DNA of 64,000 bases from Erysipelotrichaceae bacterium (GCA_017512285.1 JAFWGU010000011.1:4828-68827), one strand, 5' to 3'. Shown: positions 44,723-54,184, numbered from the stretch's first letter. The notes: generated from the sequence alone by a model not told the origin. A program made the numbers and translations.

Positions 44723-45982
44723 ATGAAAGAACCTCTGGCATTCAAACTAAGACCTGACAGACTGGTCGACGTCCTTGGTCAGGAGCATCTGACCGGTGAA
44801 AACATGATATTAAGACGCTGTGTTGAACAGCAGCGCCTATTTTCAATGATCTTCTACGGCCCGCCGGGCTGTGGAAAGACTACATTGGCCATAGCGTTAG
44901 CCAATGAACTCAATGTTCCTTACCGTCTGTTCAATGCCGTGACCTCAAACAAGAAGGATCTTACCGATCTGTTTGAGGAAGCCAGACTTCTGCCGGGACT
45001 TATCATCATAATTGATGAAATACACCGTCTGAACAAGGATAAGCAGGACCTGTTACTGCCGCACATTGAATCAGGACTCATTACTGTCATTGGTGCAACG
45101 ACCGCAAATCCCTATTTCGCCATCAATCCGGCAATCAGATCCAGATGTCATCTTCTGGAAGTCAAACCGCTGACATCGGAAGACATAAAGACGGCAGTCA
45201 GAAATGCCGTCAAGTCTCCTAAGGGATATAACGGTACGCTGACCGTTACCGATGAGGCGCTCAATATCATCAGTGATCACAGTAACGGTGACCTAAGGTA
45301 TGCCTATAACATTCTTGAGATCTGCGCCGTCGGCTGTGTAAACAATACAATAGACCGAGATCTGGTAATAAAGTATTCACCGCTGGTCAACATGAACATC
45401 GATCACAGTGACGACGGACATTATGATGCCGTCAGTGCCTTGCAGAAATCAATCCGCGGCAGTGACGTCAATGCCGCCCTGTACTATCTGGCAAGACTTA
45501 TCATGGCTAATGACATGGATTCAATTGAAAGAAGACTGACGGTAATTGCCTATGAGGACATCGGACTGGCCAATCCGGCTGCCTGTGCCAGAACAATGAG
45601 CGCAATAGACGCCGCCAAGCGAGTCGGCTTTCCGGAAGGCATGATCCCTCTTGGTGATGCCGTAATTGAACTTGCCCTTTCACCGAAGTCAAAGTCAGGA
45701 AACAACGCGATTCACGCAGCCTATGACTTAGCCACCAGCAAGGCCTATGACATTCCTATGTATCTGAGACTTACGCCTGTAGGCTTAAGTGATGAAGACA
45801 AGTATGATTATGCTGATCCTTCAAAGTGGCACAGGATCCAGTACCTGCCTGATGAGATCAGGGATGTGGAATTCTACAAGCCCAATACCAACAGCGCTTA
45901 TGAAAAGGCCCTGGCTGATAACTATGAAAAGCTGAAACAGTATTACAGAACCAATAAACTAAGAGATCTGAACAGAAAATAG
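44723..45982 (+). CDS. rarA: Replication-associated recombination protein A (AAA+ ATPase)
   Basis: ORF track 44696..45982. GPPGCGKTT Walker A, IIDEIHRLNK Walker B/sensor, and a C-terminal MgsA domain (YDAVSALQKSIRGSD). Confidence 0.9.
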   Translation: MKEPLAFKLRPDRLVDVLGQEHLTGENMILRRCVEQQRLFSMIFYGPPGCGKTTLAIALANELNVPYRLFNAVTSNKKDLTDLFEEARLLPGLIIIIDEIHRLNKDKQDLLLPHIESGLITVIGATTANPYFAINPAIRSRCHLLEVKPLTSEDIKTAVRNAVKSPKGYNGTLTVTDEALNIISDHSNGDLRYAYNILEICAVGCVNNTIDRDLVIKYSPLVNMNIDHSDDGHYDAVSALQKSIRGSDVNAALYYLARLIMANDMDSIERRLTVIAYEDIGLANPAACARTMSAIDAAKRVGFPEGMIPLGDAVIELALSPKSKSGNNAIHAAYDLATSKAYDIPMYLRLTPVGLSDEDKYDYADPSKWHRIQYLPDEIRDVEFYKPNTNSAYEKALADNYEKLKQYYRTNKLRDLNRK

Positions 45983-46010
45983 CGTCCCGGAAGGACGCTA
46001 TTCTATTTTC
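45981..46010. terminator. Probable bidirectional terminator between convergent genes
   Basis: AGCGTCC-CGGAA-GGACGCT stem followed by a T-rich tract. Confidence 0.6.
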
Positions 46011-47130
46011 TGCGGTCATTGAGTATTCTCTTTCTGTAAACAGGCATGCCCATACATATGATCACGGCAAGTAGCGATACTGACAGAACCAGCGAGACAG
46101 TAACCTCGAGCCAGCTGACATCGCCGACCGACATCCTGCAGGGCATGAATATCATCGATAGCACCGGAACAAAGGAAAGAATGACCGAAACCGGAGTACT
46201 GAAGAACTCTGCGGTTCCTTTTATCAACAGAAAATAGTAACCGGCCACAGCCGCCAGATAGAATGGACCCTGATATGTTCCGGTATCATCGCTGTTGGTA
46301 AAACCGCTGAAGAATATCAGCATCAGGGTCTGAATGCTCAGAACGCCGGTCATTATCAGCAATATTATTATCAGCAGTCTTCCTGAACCTGTTTCCATTA
46401 CCGAGCTGACCGTTTCCGCGGGCATGATCCTGACCAGAAACGTCAGTAATCCCTGTAATCTGTCTTCAAGATATCTTACGATCAGCCAGAATGTCATCAT
46501 TAACATGACCACTGCTCCCTGAACGAAAAGAGAAAGATAGGCAATCATGATCTTGGACAGAAAATGCGTCTTTTCACTGACGGAAGTCAGTATCAGTCCC
46601 AATGTATTGGTGGCTTTTTCATAAACTACTTCATTGGCTATGAGATTACTGTAGGAAAGGATCAGGAAATAGACGACTGAGATGATTATCCAGGGCTGTT
46701 TCCCCTCCTCCTCTTCAGTGTTAATCTCTGTCAGGATTATCTTATTATATTCATCAATGTATCCCTTCGTCTTCAGGTCTGCCTTTTCATAATATTCCCC
46801 GGTGATTATCCTGACTATGTCGCTTCTGATCTCCTCAATGATCCTTTCATCAAGCTTTCTGTCAGATCTGATGAACCATCCATCATCATAATACAGAACT
46901 ATCTCTCCCTCGCCACCTGCTTCGTATCTGAGACCGTTATGGTTCAGTATCAGAAACTGTTGGTGATATCTGCTTACCGAATGATCCAGATGTATGATCG
47001 TGTCTTCCGCAGTCATGAAACGGTCCACATGGACCGCAAAGCCCAATATCACCATCAATAACAGATTCATGATGACCGTCATCCTGTTTCTGAACCTCTT
47101 ATTCAGGGAAAACAATACCAGTTCTTTCAT
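46003..47130 (-). CDS. ABC-2-type transporter permease
   Basis: N-terminal TM, a large extracytoplasmic loop, and five C-terminal TM segments. Overlaps the upstream ATPase gene by 4 nt. Confidence 0.8.
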   Translation of the reverse strand: MKELVLFSLNKRFRNRMTVIMNLLLMVILGFAVHVDRFMTAEDTIIHLDHSVSRYHQQFLILNHNGLRYEAGGEGEIVLYYDDGWFIRSDRKLDERIIEEIRSDIVRIITGEYYEKADLKTKGYIDEYNKIILTEINTEEEEGKQPWIIISVVYFLILSYSNLIANEVVYEKATNTLGLILTSVSEKTHFLSKIMIAYLSLFVQGAVVMLMMTFWLIVRYLEDRLQGLLTFLVRIMPAETVSSVMETGSGRLLIIILLIMTGVLSIQTLMLIFFSGFTNSDDTGTYQGPFYLAAVAGYYFLLIKGTAEFFSTPVSVILSFVPVLSMIFMPCRMSVGDVSWLEVTVSLVLSVSLLAVIICMGMPVYRKRILNDRRK

Positions 47131-47990
47131 CTTAACGCCTCAATCAGATCGCTGATGGTCATCGGAGCTACGCTGTAGGATATGACATTGCTGTTTGATC
47201 TTATCTTTTTCAGCAGTGCATCAGCCTTTTCCTCGTCCTGAACTATGCAGGCCGTGACATTCCCGTTTCTCTGCTTGGTGATCGCCTGGTCTCTGGTTAT
47301 GGTCAGATCCCTGTCGTTAACAAACCTTACAGTCCTTCTTCTGTCGTTTTCCAGCTGTTTCCTGGTAACGTTTATTCTGATCTTTCCATCCTTCAGATAC
47401 AGGTATCTGTCGCATATGTCCTGAACCTGCTGATGCTGGTGGGAGGAAAGAACGATTATCTTTCCCGCCTTGCGCTGCTCATCCAAAACCCTTTGGAACA
47501 GAGCGATGTTGCTCTGATCAAGCCCGGTCCACGGTTCATCCATTATCACCACGTCCGGATCATGCAGAAGGCTGATTATCAGCTGTATCTTCTGCTGATT
47601 TCCCTTTGACAGCTGCATCGGCAACATGTCCCGGTATCTTACCGTCTTGGTCTTGTCCAGCCAGTGACCTATCTCAGAATTGATATTTCCTTCGCTCATG
47701 CCCTTGAGTTTGCCAAAGAACACCAACTGTCTTTCAACGGTAACATCATACATCATGCTCCGTTCCTCAGGCAGATATCCTATCTTTCTGACGTCCAGTT
47801 TCCTTCGTTTATAGGTCACCTCACCTTCATCAGCCTGCAGTAATCCCAGCATTATCTTGAATGTTGTCGTCTTTCCGCTGCCATTGGCTCCCAGAAGAGA
47901 TACTATCTCACCCTTCTGTGCCTTAAAACTGAGCGAAGACAGTACTTCTCTGTCTCCGTATTTCTTTCTAAGATTTCTAACTTCCAGCAT
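47127..47990 (-). CDS. ABC transporter ATP-binding protein (ABC-2 subfamily)
   Basis: ORF track 47127..48029. ATG 47990 is preferred (AGAGGAA RBS). Walker A GANGSGKTT, signature LSKGNQQK, Walker B VVIMDEP. Confidence 0.9.
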   Translation of the reverse strand: MLEVRNLRKKYGDREVLSSLSFKAQKGEIVSLLGANGSGKTTTFKIMLGLLQADEGEVTYKRRKLDVRKIGYLPEERSMMYDVTVERQLVFFGKLKGMSEGNINSEIGHWLDKTKTVRYRDMLPMQLSKGNQQKIQLIISLLHDPDVVIMDEPWTGLDQSNIALFQRVLDEQRKAGKIIVLSSHQHQQVQDICDRYLYLKDGKIRINVTRKQLENDRRRTVRFVNDRDLTITRDQAITKQRNGNVTACIVQDEEKADALLKKIRSNSNVISYSVAPMTISDLIEALR

Positions 47991-48035
47991 GATCATTCCT
48001 CTATAACCTATTGTCGGAAGAACTGTCATTACCTG

Positions 48036-48053
48036 ATATTTCCCGGGAAATAT
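48036..48053. repeat. Perfect 18-bp palindrome ATATTTCCCGGGAAATAT upstream of the ABC ATPase gene (candidate operator)
   Basis: Read directly from the sequence. It lies 46 nt upstream of ATG 47990 on the minus strand. Confidence 0.9.
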
Positions 48054-48060
48054 TAAAACT

Positions 48061-48078
48061 CCGTTCCAATTGGAACGG
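48061..48078 (-). terminator. Perfect 18-bp palindrome CCGTTCCAATTGGAACGG, probable terminator of the upstream gene
   Basis: On the minus strand the hairpin is followed by AGUUUUAAUAUUU. Located 23 nt after the stop at 48102. Confidence 0.55.
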
Positions 48079-48101
48079 GGTATGTTCTTTAACTAATATT
48101 G

Positions 48102-49538
48102 TTATTCGCTTATGCCGACGTAACCGGTCTGTTCAATGATGTATTGCCCGTCTTCACTAAGCAGGAAATTCAGAACCTTTTCAACGTTAGGGTTGGATTC
48201 ATCCTCCGTGGTAACACAGTACAGACCCGTTACCAGAGGATATGAACCGTTTCTGATGTTTTCCGTGGTAGGATAGACTCCGTCTATGCTCAGTATCTTG
48301 ACGTTTTTCTCCTGCATCAGACCTTCAATGAAGTAGCGGAATGAATAACCCAGAGCGCCGTCTTCATTGGCATAGTTGGCTACGACCTTTACGATGCCGT
48401 CCATCGCATTGTATTTCTCGTACGACTTAGGCTCCTTTAAGGTCACATCTCCCATGAAGTATTCCATCATTGTCTGGCTTCCCGAACCTTCCGGCCTCTG
48501 GAATGCCACTATTTCCTGGTTCTTACCGCCAACTTCCTTCCAGTTGGTAATGTCACCATGGTATATGGCTCTTAACTGTTCTGAAGATATGTCGGAAACG
48601 GGATTGTCGTTTTCAACAAAGAATACAAAGGCCTCTTTGCCTATGAGTGTCTGTCTTAATGTCTTGTCATATGACTTGGCATATTCCGTCTGTTCCTTGG
48701 ACGGTCTTGCTCCAAACAGCATGTCGATCTTTCCGTCTACCAGACGGTAATATCCATTCACGGTGTTGGTGAAAGTAACTATCTTTCCGTTATATTTATC
48801 ATTCTTGTACTGTTCTTCTATCTTGTCGATGTCCTTGTATATGGCCTTGGCAACGGCGCTGTATACCGGATAACAGGCCTCTGCCCCATCCAGTACAGGC
48901 ATGCCGGATTCATTTTCTATTATCAGCGAAGGTTCATGATCCAGTGTAACCAGCTTGCTGGGATCACTGTAAACCATGTAATCCGTAAAGTCAGTACTGG
49001 AATAGCCGTTCATGTACTTGAATCCGTGTGCTGCGTATCTGACTTCATCGCGGTTGTTATAGAAGAATGTGGTTGCCAGGGTACATACGACCATTAACGA
49101 TGCCGCAGCGGTAGCCAGTACCCTGCTTTCTCCCAGACCGTTTTTGACTACCAGCAGCACGCAGTGCAGGATGAGAATGCAGAATATGTATGCCCAGCCG
49201 CTCCAGCCTACGAAGAACACGATTAGTATGAACGGCAGGAATGGCAGTAACGGCACAAACATGATCAGATGCAGTGCCGAGGCCATCAGGCCGCCTTTTA
49301 TCCATACGACTATCGTAAACAGGGCAAAAACAGCTGCCGTAAAGACCAGATAAAATCTCATCAGCTTTTCGTCTGCCGGTACTTTCTTATACTTGACGAC
49401 AAAATACCACAGATAAAGCAGTACTGCGTTAAGAATTATCTGTAATATGCTTACGGACTGGTCAATTCCAAAATACAGCATGAACACTACGTTCAGTGCT
49501 GATAACAGGAAATTTACCAGAAAATAATGCAGTAACAT
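48102..49538 (-). CDS. PstS-like (PBP type 2) substrate-binding domain fused to an N-terminal polytopic membrane domain
   Basis: About 170 aa with 5-6 TM helices. The following region contains QRPEGSGSQTMMEYF and GALGYSFRYF, typical of phosphate-binding-protein-like domains. Confidence 0.7.
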   Translation of the reverse strand: MLLHYFLVNFLLSALNVVFMLYFGIDQSVSILQIILNAVLLYLWYFVVKYKKVPADEKLMRFYLVFTAAVFALFTIVVWIKGGLMASALHLIMFVPLLPFLPFILIVFFVGWSGWAYIFCILILHCVLLVVKNGLGESRVLATAAASLMVVCTLATTFFYNNRDEVRYAAHGFKYMNGYSSTDFTDYMVYSDPSKLVTLDHEPSLIIENESGMPVLDGAEACYPVYSAVAKAIYKDIDKIEEQYKNDKYNGKIVTFTNTVNGYYRLVDGKIDMLFGARPSKEQTEYAKSYDKTLRQTLIGKEAFVFFVENDNPVSDISSEQLRAIYHGDITNWKEVGGKNQEIVAFQRPEGSGSQTMMEYFMGDVTLKEPKSYEKYNAMDGIVKVVANYANEDGALGYSFRYFIEGLMQEKNVKILSIDGVYPTTENIRNGSYPLVTGLYCVTTEDESNPNVEKVLNFLLSEDGQYIIEQTGYVGISE

Positions 49539-49554
49539 TCAGATCTCTCCCTTT

Positions 49555-50490
49555 TTAATAGCCCTGCTTCTTGTTAACGATGTGTTCCAGAGGTTCATTA
49601 TTCACATAATGCTTCAGATTCACATAGAAAATGTTTGAAACATTGTCAACTGTCACATTTGTCCCATCTCCTGCTGAAACGTGTGGAGTAATGAATACGT
49701 TTCTGGCTTTCCATAATGGATGGTCTGCCGGTAACGGCTCCGGATCGGTAACGTCCAGACAGGCCGCAGCCAGATGACCTTCATTCAATACCCTTACCAG
49801 ATCATCAGTAACGATTGCCGTTCCCCTGCCGACATTGACAAGAATGGCATCCTTCTTCATGAGCCTGAGTCTTCTTTCGTCGATCATGTGGACGGTCTTG
49901 TCCGTATGCGGTACTGACAGAGTAACGATGTCTGCCCTTGGCAGTAATTCATCAAGCTCCTCAATGGTATGCAGTTCGTCAACAAATGCAGGCTTTTCGT
50001 GAGCAGTACGCTGTACGCCAATGACATAGGCATCGAATGCCTTCATTCTTTTGGCAAGTTCACCGCCGATGTTTCCCATGCCTATGCATAATACCGTACT
50101 GCCGGCTATTGTACCTACGGCTCCAAGTCTCTTCCAGACACAGTTTTTCTGATCTTCGTAATAGTCTTCAAGCCTCTTCATGGCCATTAATACGAAAGCC
50201 ATCATGTGTTCCGACATGGCCGTGCCGAAGGCACCGGCGCAGTTGGTCAGAATTACGTCTTCGGGTATGTCGGTATATCTGTTGGCACCGGCACTCTGCA
50301 GCTGAAGCCATTTGAGTTTTTCGCACTTCTCCAGTAGTGAATGGGGAATGTTGCCCATTATGACTTCTGCATCCCTGACGATCTCCTCTGTCAGTGTCAT
50401 TCCGTCAGCGTAAAGGATCTCTGCGCCTTCCAGTTCAGCATACTTCCTTTTCTGCTCCTCAGTTACCGGTATGGTTATTATGACTTTCAT
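49555..50490 (-). CDS. D-isomer-specific 2-hydroxyacid dehydrogenase family protein
   Basis: GMGNIGGELAKR NAD fold, the RGT..D motif (VGRGTAIVTDDL) and TPHVS catalytic His. Confidence 0.85.
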   Translation of the reverse strand: MKVIITIPVTEEQKRKYAELEGAEILYADGMTLTEEIVRDAEVIMGNIPHSLLEKCEKLKWLQLQSAGANRYTDIPEDVILTNCAGAFGTAMSEHMMAFVLMAMKRLEDYYEDQKNCVWKRLGAVGTIAGSTVLCIGMGNIGGELAKRMKAFDAYVIGVQRTAHEKPAFVDELHTIEELDELLPRADIVTLSVPHTDKTVHMIDERRLRLMKKDAILVNVGRGTAIVTDDLVRVLNEGHLAAACLDVTDPEPLPADHPLWKARNVFITPHVSAGDGTNVTVDNVSNIFYVNLKHYVNNEPLEHIVNKKQGY

Positions 50491-50579
50491 GACCGTATCT
50501 CCTTTGTATTGTTATAGTAGATTTATATATAAATAGTATCACATAAGACAGTCGAACTTAAAGACAGGTGCAGACAACG

Positions 50580-50605
50580 AAAAAAGGAAGATCACTCTTC
50601 CTTTT
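50580..50605 (-). terminator. Rho-independent terminator after jag
   Basis: AAAGGAAGA-TCAC-TCTTCCTTT stem with a U run on the minus strand. Confidence 0.8.
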
Positions 50606-50606
50606 A

Positions 50607-51227
50607 CTATGCCTTGTCTCTGTCGTAGATGATTTTCAGCCTGCGGTTGTTACCGTCGCCCTCGCTCTCGGTTCTGATGTGAGCCATGTTGCTGAGGTGC
50701 TGATGAACGATCTTTCTTTCATCGTTTGTAAGATCGCCTAATCTGGCAGATACGTGTGTCTTTACTACGGTCTTGGCAATTCTCTCAACCGTGCTCTTCA
50801 GCTTTTCGTATCTTTCTTCCTTATATCCGTTTACGTCAACAGACATGTGAACATGACACTTGAACTGAGCATTGGCTGCTGCGTTAAGAACTGTCTTCAT
50901 GGCTTCCAGTGTCTGACCGTTCTTGCCGATCAGGATGGCGTTGTTATTGGCGTTGACTATGACGTTGAAGCTGTTATCGTCCAGCTTGTTGACTATTAAC
51001 TCAACATTCATGCCGATGTTCTCAAAGTACTGTTTCAGGTAGCTTTCAATAAAGTCACGTACGTCATTGAAAGTATATGCTTCGATGATAGCCTTACTGC
51101 CGATTCCGAATAATCCGCCCGGTTTTTCCTCCAGAACGTAGTATTTCAGATCTTCGATCTTAACACGCTTGTCAGCTGCGGCAGCCTTCAGAGCTTCATC
51201 AAGATTCTTAGCCTCATATTTTTTCAT
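50607..51227 (-). CDS. jag: Jag/KhpB RNA-binding protein (Jag_N + KH + R3H)
   Basis: C-terminal R3H region (ERKIVHQHL), KH-like centre, and the conserved position after yidC. Confidence 0.9.
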   Translation of the reverse strand: MKKYEAKNLDEALKAAAADKRVKIEDLKYYVLEEKPGGLFGIGSKAIIEAYTFNDVRDFIESYLKQYFENIGMNVELIVNKLDDNSFNVIVNANNNAILIGKNGQTLEAMKTVLNAAANAQFKCHVHMSVDVNGYKEERYEKLKSTVERIAKTVVKTHVSARLGDLTNDERKIVHQHLSNMAHIRTESEGDGNNRRLKIIYDRDKA

Positions 51228-52104
51228 TGCTTACATATCTCCTTTGTATAAATATCGTCTTAAGAATGTTTACCAAAGAGGAACATGCCCAATACAATGA
51301 CATGGTTGTCGGCCATCTTAAGCCAAGCAGTACTACCATGCCCAGCATGCTGTACATCATGATGTTCATCTGATTGTCCTTTGGACCTTCATCAGCATAA
51401 GCCTTGTAGCCTTTTCTCTTCTTTCTGTCCATTTCAGCTATCTTCTGAGGAATCAGAGTAGAACCAAGCTGTGTAATTGCCATCAGAATGAAAATAAGGA
51501 TAAGAGGCCAGTTCTTGCCTGGATTTGCGAACGCATCCCAAGGTGTTGTCTGTAATGATGTGCCTAATACTGTTCCATTAACTACTATTTCTGCTCTCTG
51601 TGCTGCATAGAACATTGAGATCAGGATCGGGAACTGTAACAGCTGTGCGAATGAGCTCATCGGGTTAACACCGTGCTTGTTATACAAGGCCATCAGTTCC
51701 TGGCTCATCTGCATTCTGGAATTCTCATCATTTCTGCCGGCATACTTTGCCTGGATCCTGTCCTGTTCAGGCTTAAGCATCTGCATCTTCTGTGTATTGA
51801 CGCTTGACTTGATCGTCATGCCCAGAGTCAGCAGGTTAAACAGAACTGTTGTCAGTGCTACGCCAAGGATGGCGCTTCCGGTCCAGTGACCGATGAAGTT
51901 GATGCACTGAGCAAGCGGATATACCAGGATGGCGGTCAGGATGCTCTCATCAAACATGTCGCTCCATGGTGTTGTCATGTAAATGATTCTTTCAGCTAAC
52001 GTATGTCCTTCATTGTCGACATTACGCTGACATCCGGCTAAAACCAAAACGACTAACACACATACAATAAGCCGGAATTTCTTGCTGGAAATTAACTTCT
52101 TCAT
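51214..52104 (-). CDS. yidC: Membrane protein insertase YidC/SpoIIIJ (lipoprotein type)
   Basis: Lipobox LVLAGC, the conserved polytopic core, and a basic C-terminus. rnpA-yidC-jag synteny. Confidence 0.9.
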   Translation of the reverse strand: MKKLISSKKFRLIVCVLVVLVLAGCQRNVDNEGHTLAERIIYMTTPWSDMFDESILTAILVYPLAQCINFIGHWTGSAILGVALTTVLFNLLTLGMTIKSSVNTQKMQMLKPEQDRIQAKYAGRNDENSRMQMSQELMALYNKHGVNPMSSFAQLLQFPILISMFYAAQRAEIVVNGTVLGTSLQTTPWDAFANPGKNWPLILIFILMAITQLGSTLIPQKIAEMDRKKRKGYKAYADEGPKDNQMNIMMYSMLGMVVLLGLRWPTTMSLYWACSSLVNILKTIFIQRRYVSNEKI

Positions 52105-52107
52105 ATT

Positions 52108-52467
52108 TCATACTCCTTCATTTGGTTGGTCAACGTCATTATTATAAACTGTTTCATATATCTTGAGCAATTCTTTTTTATTCTCCTGGTAGGAGCGCTC
52201 ATTATATCTGTTTCTGACAATAATGACAGTATCAAAGCCAGAACGAAAATCAGTTGCTTCAGCAACCATCGTTCTGACCTGTCTTTTGATCTTGTTCCTT
52301 TCAACAGCGTTACCCAGTTTCTTGCTGACGGATATGCCGACTCTGTCATTTGTCAGCATCGTGGCCTTCCTGCGGTAAGCGATGAAGCTTCTTGTTACCG
52401 TTTTGACGCCTTCCTGGATGATCTGCTGAAATTCTTCGTTTCTCTTTACTCTGAATCTTTTCTTCAT
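52108..52467 (-). CDS. rnpA: Ribonuclease P protein component
   Basis: Basic 119-aa protein containing VSKKLGNAVERNKIKRQ (RNR-type motif). Lies downstream of rpmH. Confidence 0.9.
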   Translation of the reverse strand: MKKRFRVKRNEEFQQIIQEGVKTVTRSFIAYRRKATMLTNDRVGISVSKKLGNAVERNKIKRQVRTMVAEATDFRSGFDTVIIVRNRYNERSYQENKKELLKIYETVYNNDVDQPNEGV

Positions 52468-52485
52468 GACCCCTCAACAAAAGGG

Positions 52486-52508
52486 AAAAAAAGTTGCTAA
52501 CAAGCAAC
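52486..52508 (-). terminator. Short hairpin + U run between rpmH and rnpA (partial terminator/attenuator)
   Basis: Minus-strand GUUGCU-UGUU-AGCAAC followed by UUUUUUU. Confidence 0.5.
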
Positions 52509-52513
52509 CTTTC

Positions 52514-52648
52514 CTATGCAGATAATACTTTTCTGCCCTTGGCACGCCTGCGGGCTAAAACATTACGACCTCCGACGGTTTGCATACGTGCTCTGAAACC
52601 ATGGACTCTTTGATGTTTTCTCTTGCTTGGTTGATATGTTCTCTTCAT
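52514..52648 (-). CDS. rpmH: 50S ribosomal protein L34
   Basis: Not in the ORF track (44 aa). Hand translation gives [54 protein letters not shown]. Confidence 0.95.
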   Translation of the reverse strand: MKRTYQPSKRKHQRVHGFRARMQTVGGRNVLARRRAKGRKVLSA

Positions 52649-52694
52649 CAATAGTCACCTCCGAAATTTATAACGATAGAACAATTGCTTTATT

Positions 52695-52723
52695 ATTCTA
52701 ACTAAACGGATATCATAAGTCAA
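52695..52723 (-). promoter_or_regulatory. rpmH promoter (sigma-A type)
   Basis: Minus strand: TTGACT (52718-52723), exactly 17-nt spacer, TAGAAT (52695-52700). Confidence 0.7.
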
Positions 52724-52737
52724 ACAAAATCGGTCTA

Positions 52738-53055
52738 TTAATCCATTTCAAAGACTTTTTTCAATAGTGGCTGTGCACCTGTGACGGGATCCATCTCCAT
52801 TATCAGGATGTCCTTCATGTATTCGTCCCACTTTTTTACGATCGGACTGGTTGCCTGGATCCTGGCAGCGTACTCAATTCCCTTCTCGCACTCGTAGTAT
52901 CCGAACATCTCGTTGCCGGTATTCCAGATCGTATAGTTCCTTATTCCGGCTTCTTTCAGTACTTCTACCATTTCCGGCCAGATTTCATTGTGTCTTCTGA
53001 CATATTCCTCCAGACAGCCATCCACGATGGTTGCCTTCCATGCATATTTTTCCAT
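52738..53055 (-). CDS. rhaM: L-rhamnose mutarotase
   Basis: EEYVRRHNEIWPEMVEVLKEAGIRNYTIW aligns with E. coli YiiL/RhaM [29 protein letters not shown]. Confidence 0.9.
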   Translation of the reverse strand: MEKYAWKATIVDGCLEEYVRRHNEIWPEMVEVLKEAGIRNYTIWNTGNEMFGYYECEKGIEYAARIQATSPIVKKWDEYMKDILIMEMDPVTGAQPLLKKVFEMD

Positions 53056-53085
53056 ATTATGTTTCTCCGTTATCTTATCTTAATT

Positions 53086-53754
53086 CTACAGCAGAGATGC
53101 CATTATGCCAATTGTCAGAAACGGGCAGAAAGGTATTTTTCTTTTTCCGGTAATCAGTGAATAAAGAAGTCCCGTAATGCAGGAAACCAGCACAGACCTG
53201 AACAGGAATTCACAGCCAAAAGTCCATCCCGTTATTGCGAATATCCAGATGTCCCCGTCACCAATCAGCTCCCTTAGTTTCTTCATCAATGACAACGGTA
53301 CTGACAGCGATACAACACCAAGGATCCTTGAAGCGAGGAAAACATCATTAGTGAAGCTGATCATTATACCGACAAGCGAAAGAAAGAATAACAGTTCAGT
53401 GGAAAACTCCATGGTTTCTACGTCAAACAGCGATATGAGTGTCATTGTCATGATGAATAACCAGCTCAAAAACACCTCACCGTCTCCCCGTGTCCACAGA
53501 ATCACCGTTACGATACCCGTAAAGAGTTCAGTCAGGGGATATCTGATGTTTATGGCTTTTCCGCATCCCTGGCACCTGCCTCCAAGAATCAGCCAGCCCA
53601 ACAGCGGCACGGTTTCCATAAAGGAAAGCTTTTTTCCACAGTAATCACACCTTGACCTTCCAAACAAGTAGTCTTCCCCTCTCAACGAGCGGTAACAGAT
53701 GACATTCAACAGGCTTCCAAAGCAGCAGCCAATGAAAAATGAAGTTAATTTCAT
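53086..53754 (-). CDS. Prepilin (type IV leader) peptidase, A24 family (ComC/PilD-like)
   Basis: N-terminal Cys pairs CDYCGKKL...CQGCGK, a polytopic core, and a second Asp motif region GDGDIW. Confidence 0.8.
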   Translation of the reverse strand: MKLTSFFIGCCFGSLLNVICYRSLRGEDYLFGRSRCDYCGKKLSFMETVPLLGWLILGGRCQGCGKAINIRYPLTELFTGIVTVILWTRGDGEVFLSWLFIMTMTLISLFDVETMEFSTELLFFLSLVGIMISFTNDVFLASRILGVVSLSVPLSLMKKLRELIGDGDIWIFAITGWTFGCEFLFRSVLVSCITGLLYSLITGKRKIPFCPFLTIGIMASLL

Positions 53755-53865
53755 GTCAGTCTATATATATTAATCATTGTTTTTCCTGATCATGAATACG
53801 TAAATGATGCATCAGATAACAGATTCTCTTAATAATGAGTTATATTTAAATCGGGAGGTATCAAT

Positions 53866-54177
53866 ATGATCAAGATCTATGGAATGCCTACATGCCCGTA
53901 CTGTGACTACATTCATGAACAGATCAAGGGACGTGAGGATGAATTTGAGTATATCAACATCGGTGAAAACATCCGTAACATGGGAGCCTTCATCAGACTG
54001 CGTGACAGTAATCCGGTATTTGACCGCATGAAGGCAATCGGAGATGTTGGAATTCCTGCCTTCGTATTTGAAGACGGAACGGTATCAATTGACCCGGCTG
54101 ATGCCGGACTGATCGAATACGGTACCGCAAATGCCTGTTCAATTGAAGATCACAAGAGCGGTAGAAAAGGCTGTTAA
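53866..54177 (+). CDS. Glutaredoxin/NrdH-like thioredoxin-fold protein
   Basis: MIKIYGMPTCPYCDY CPYC redox motif and the GIPAFVF cis-Pro region. Confidence 0.75.
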   Translation: MIKIYGMPTCPYCDYIHEQIKGREDEFEYINIGENIRNMGAFIRLRDSNPVFDRMKAIGDVGIPAFVFEDGTVSIDPADAGLIEYGTANACSIEDHKSGRKGC

Positions 54178-54184
54178 TGACAAT

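Noticed and set aside
52101-52349. An 82-aa ORF overlapping rnpA in another frame.
   Set aside because: It overlaps the well-supported rnpA CDS completely on the same strand and has no RBS. It is a frame artefact.
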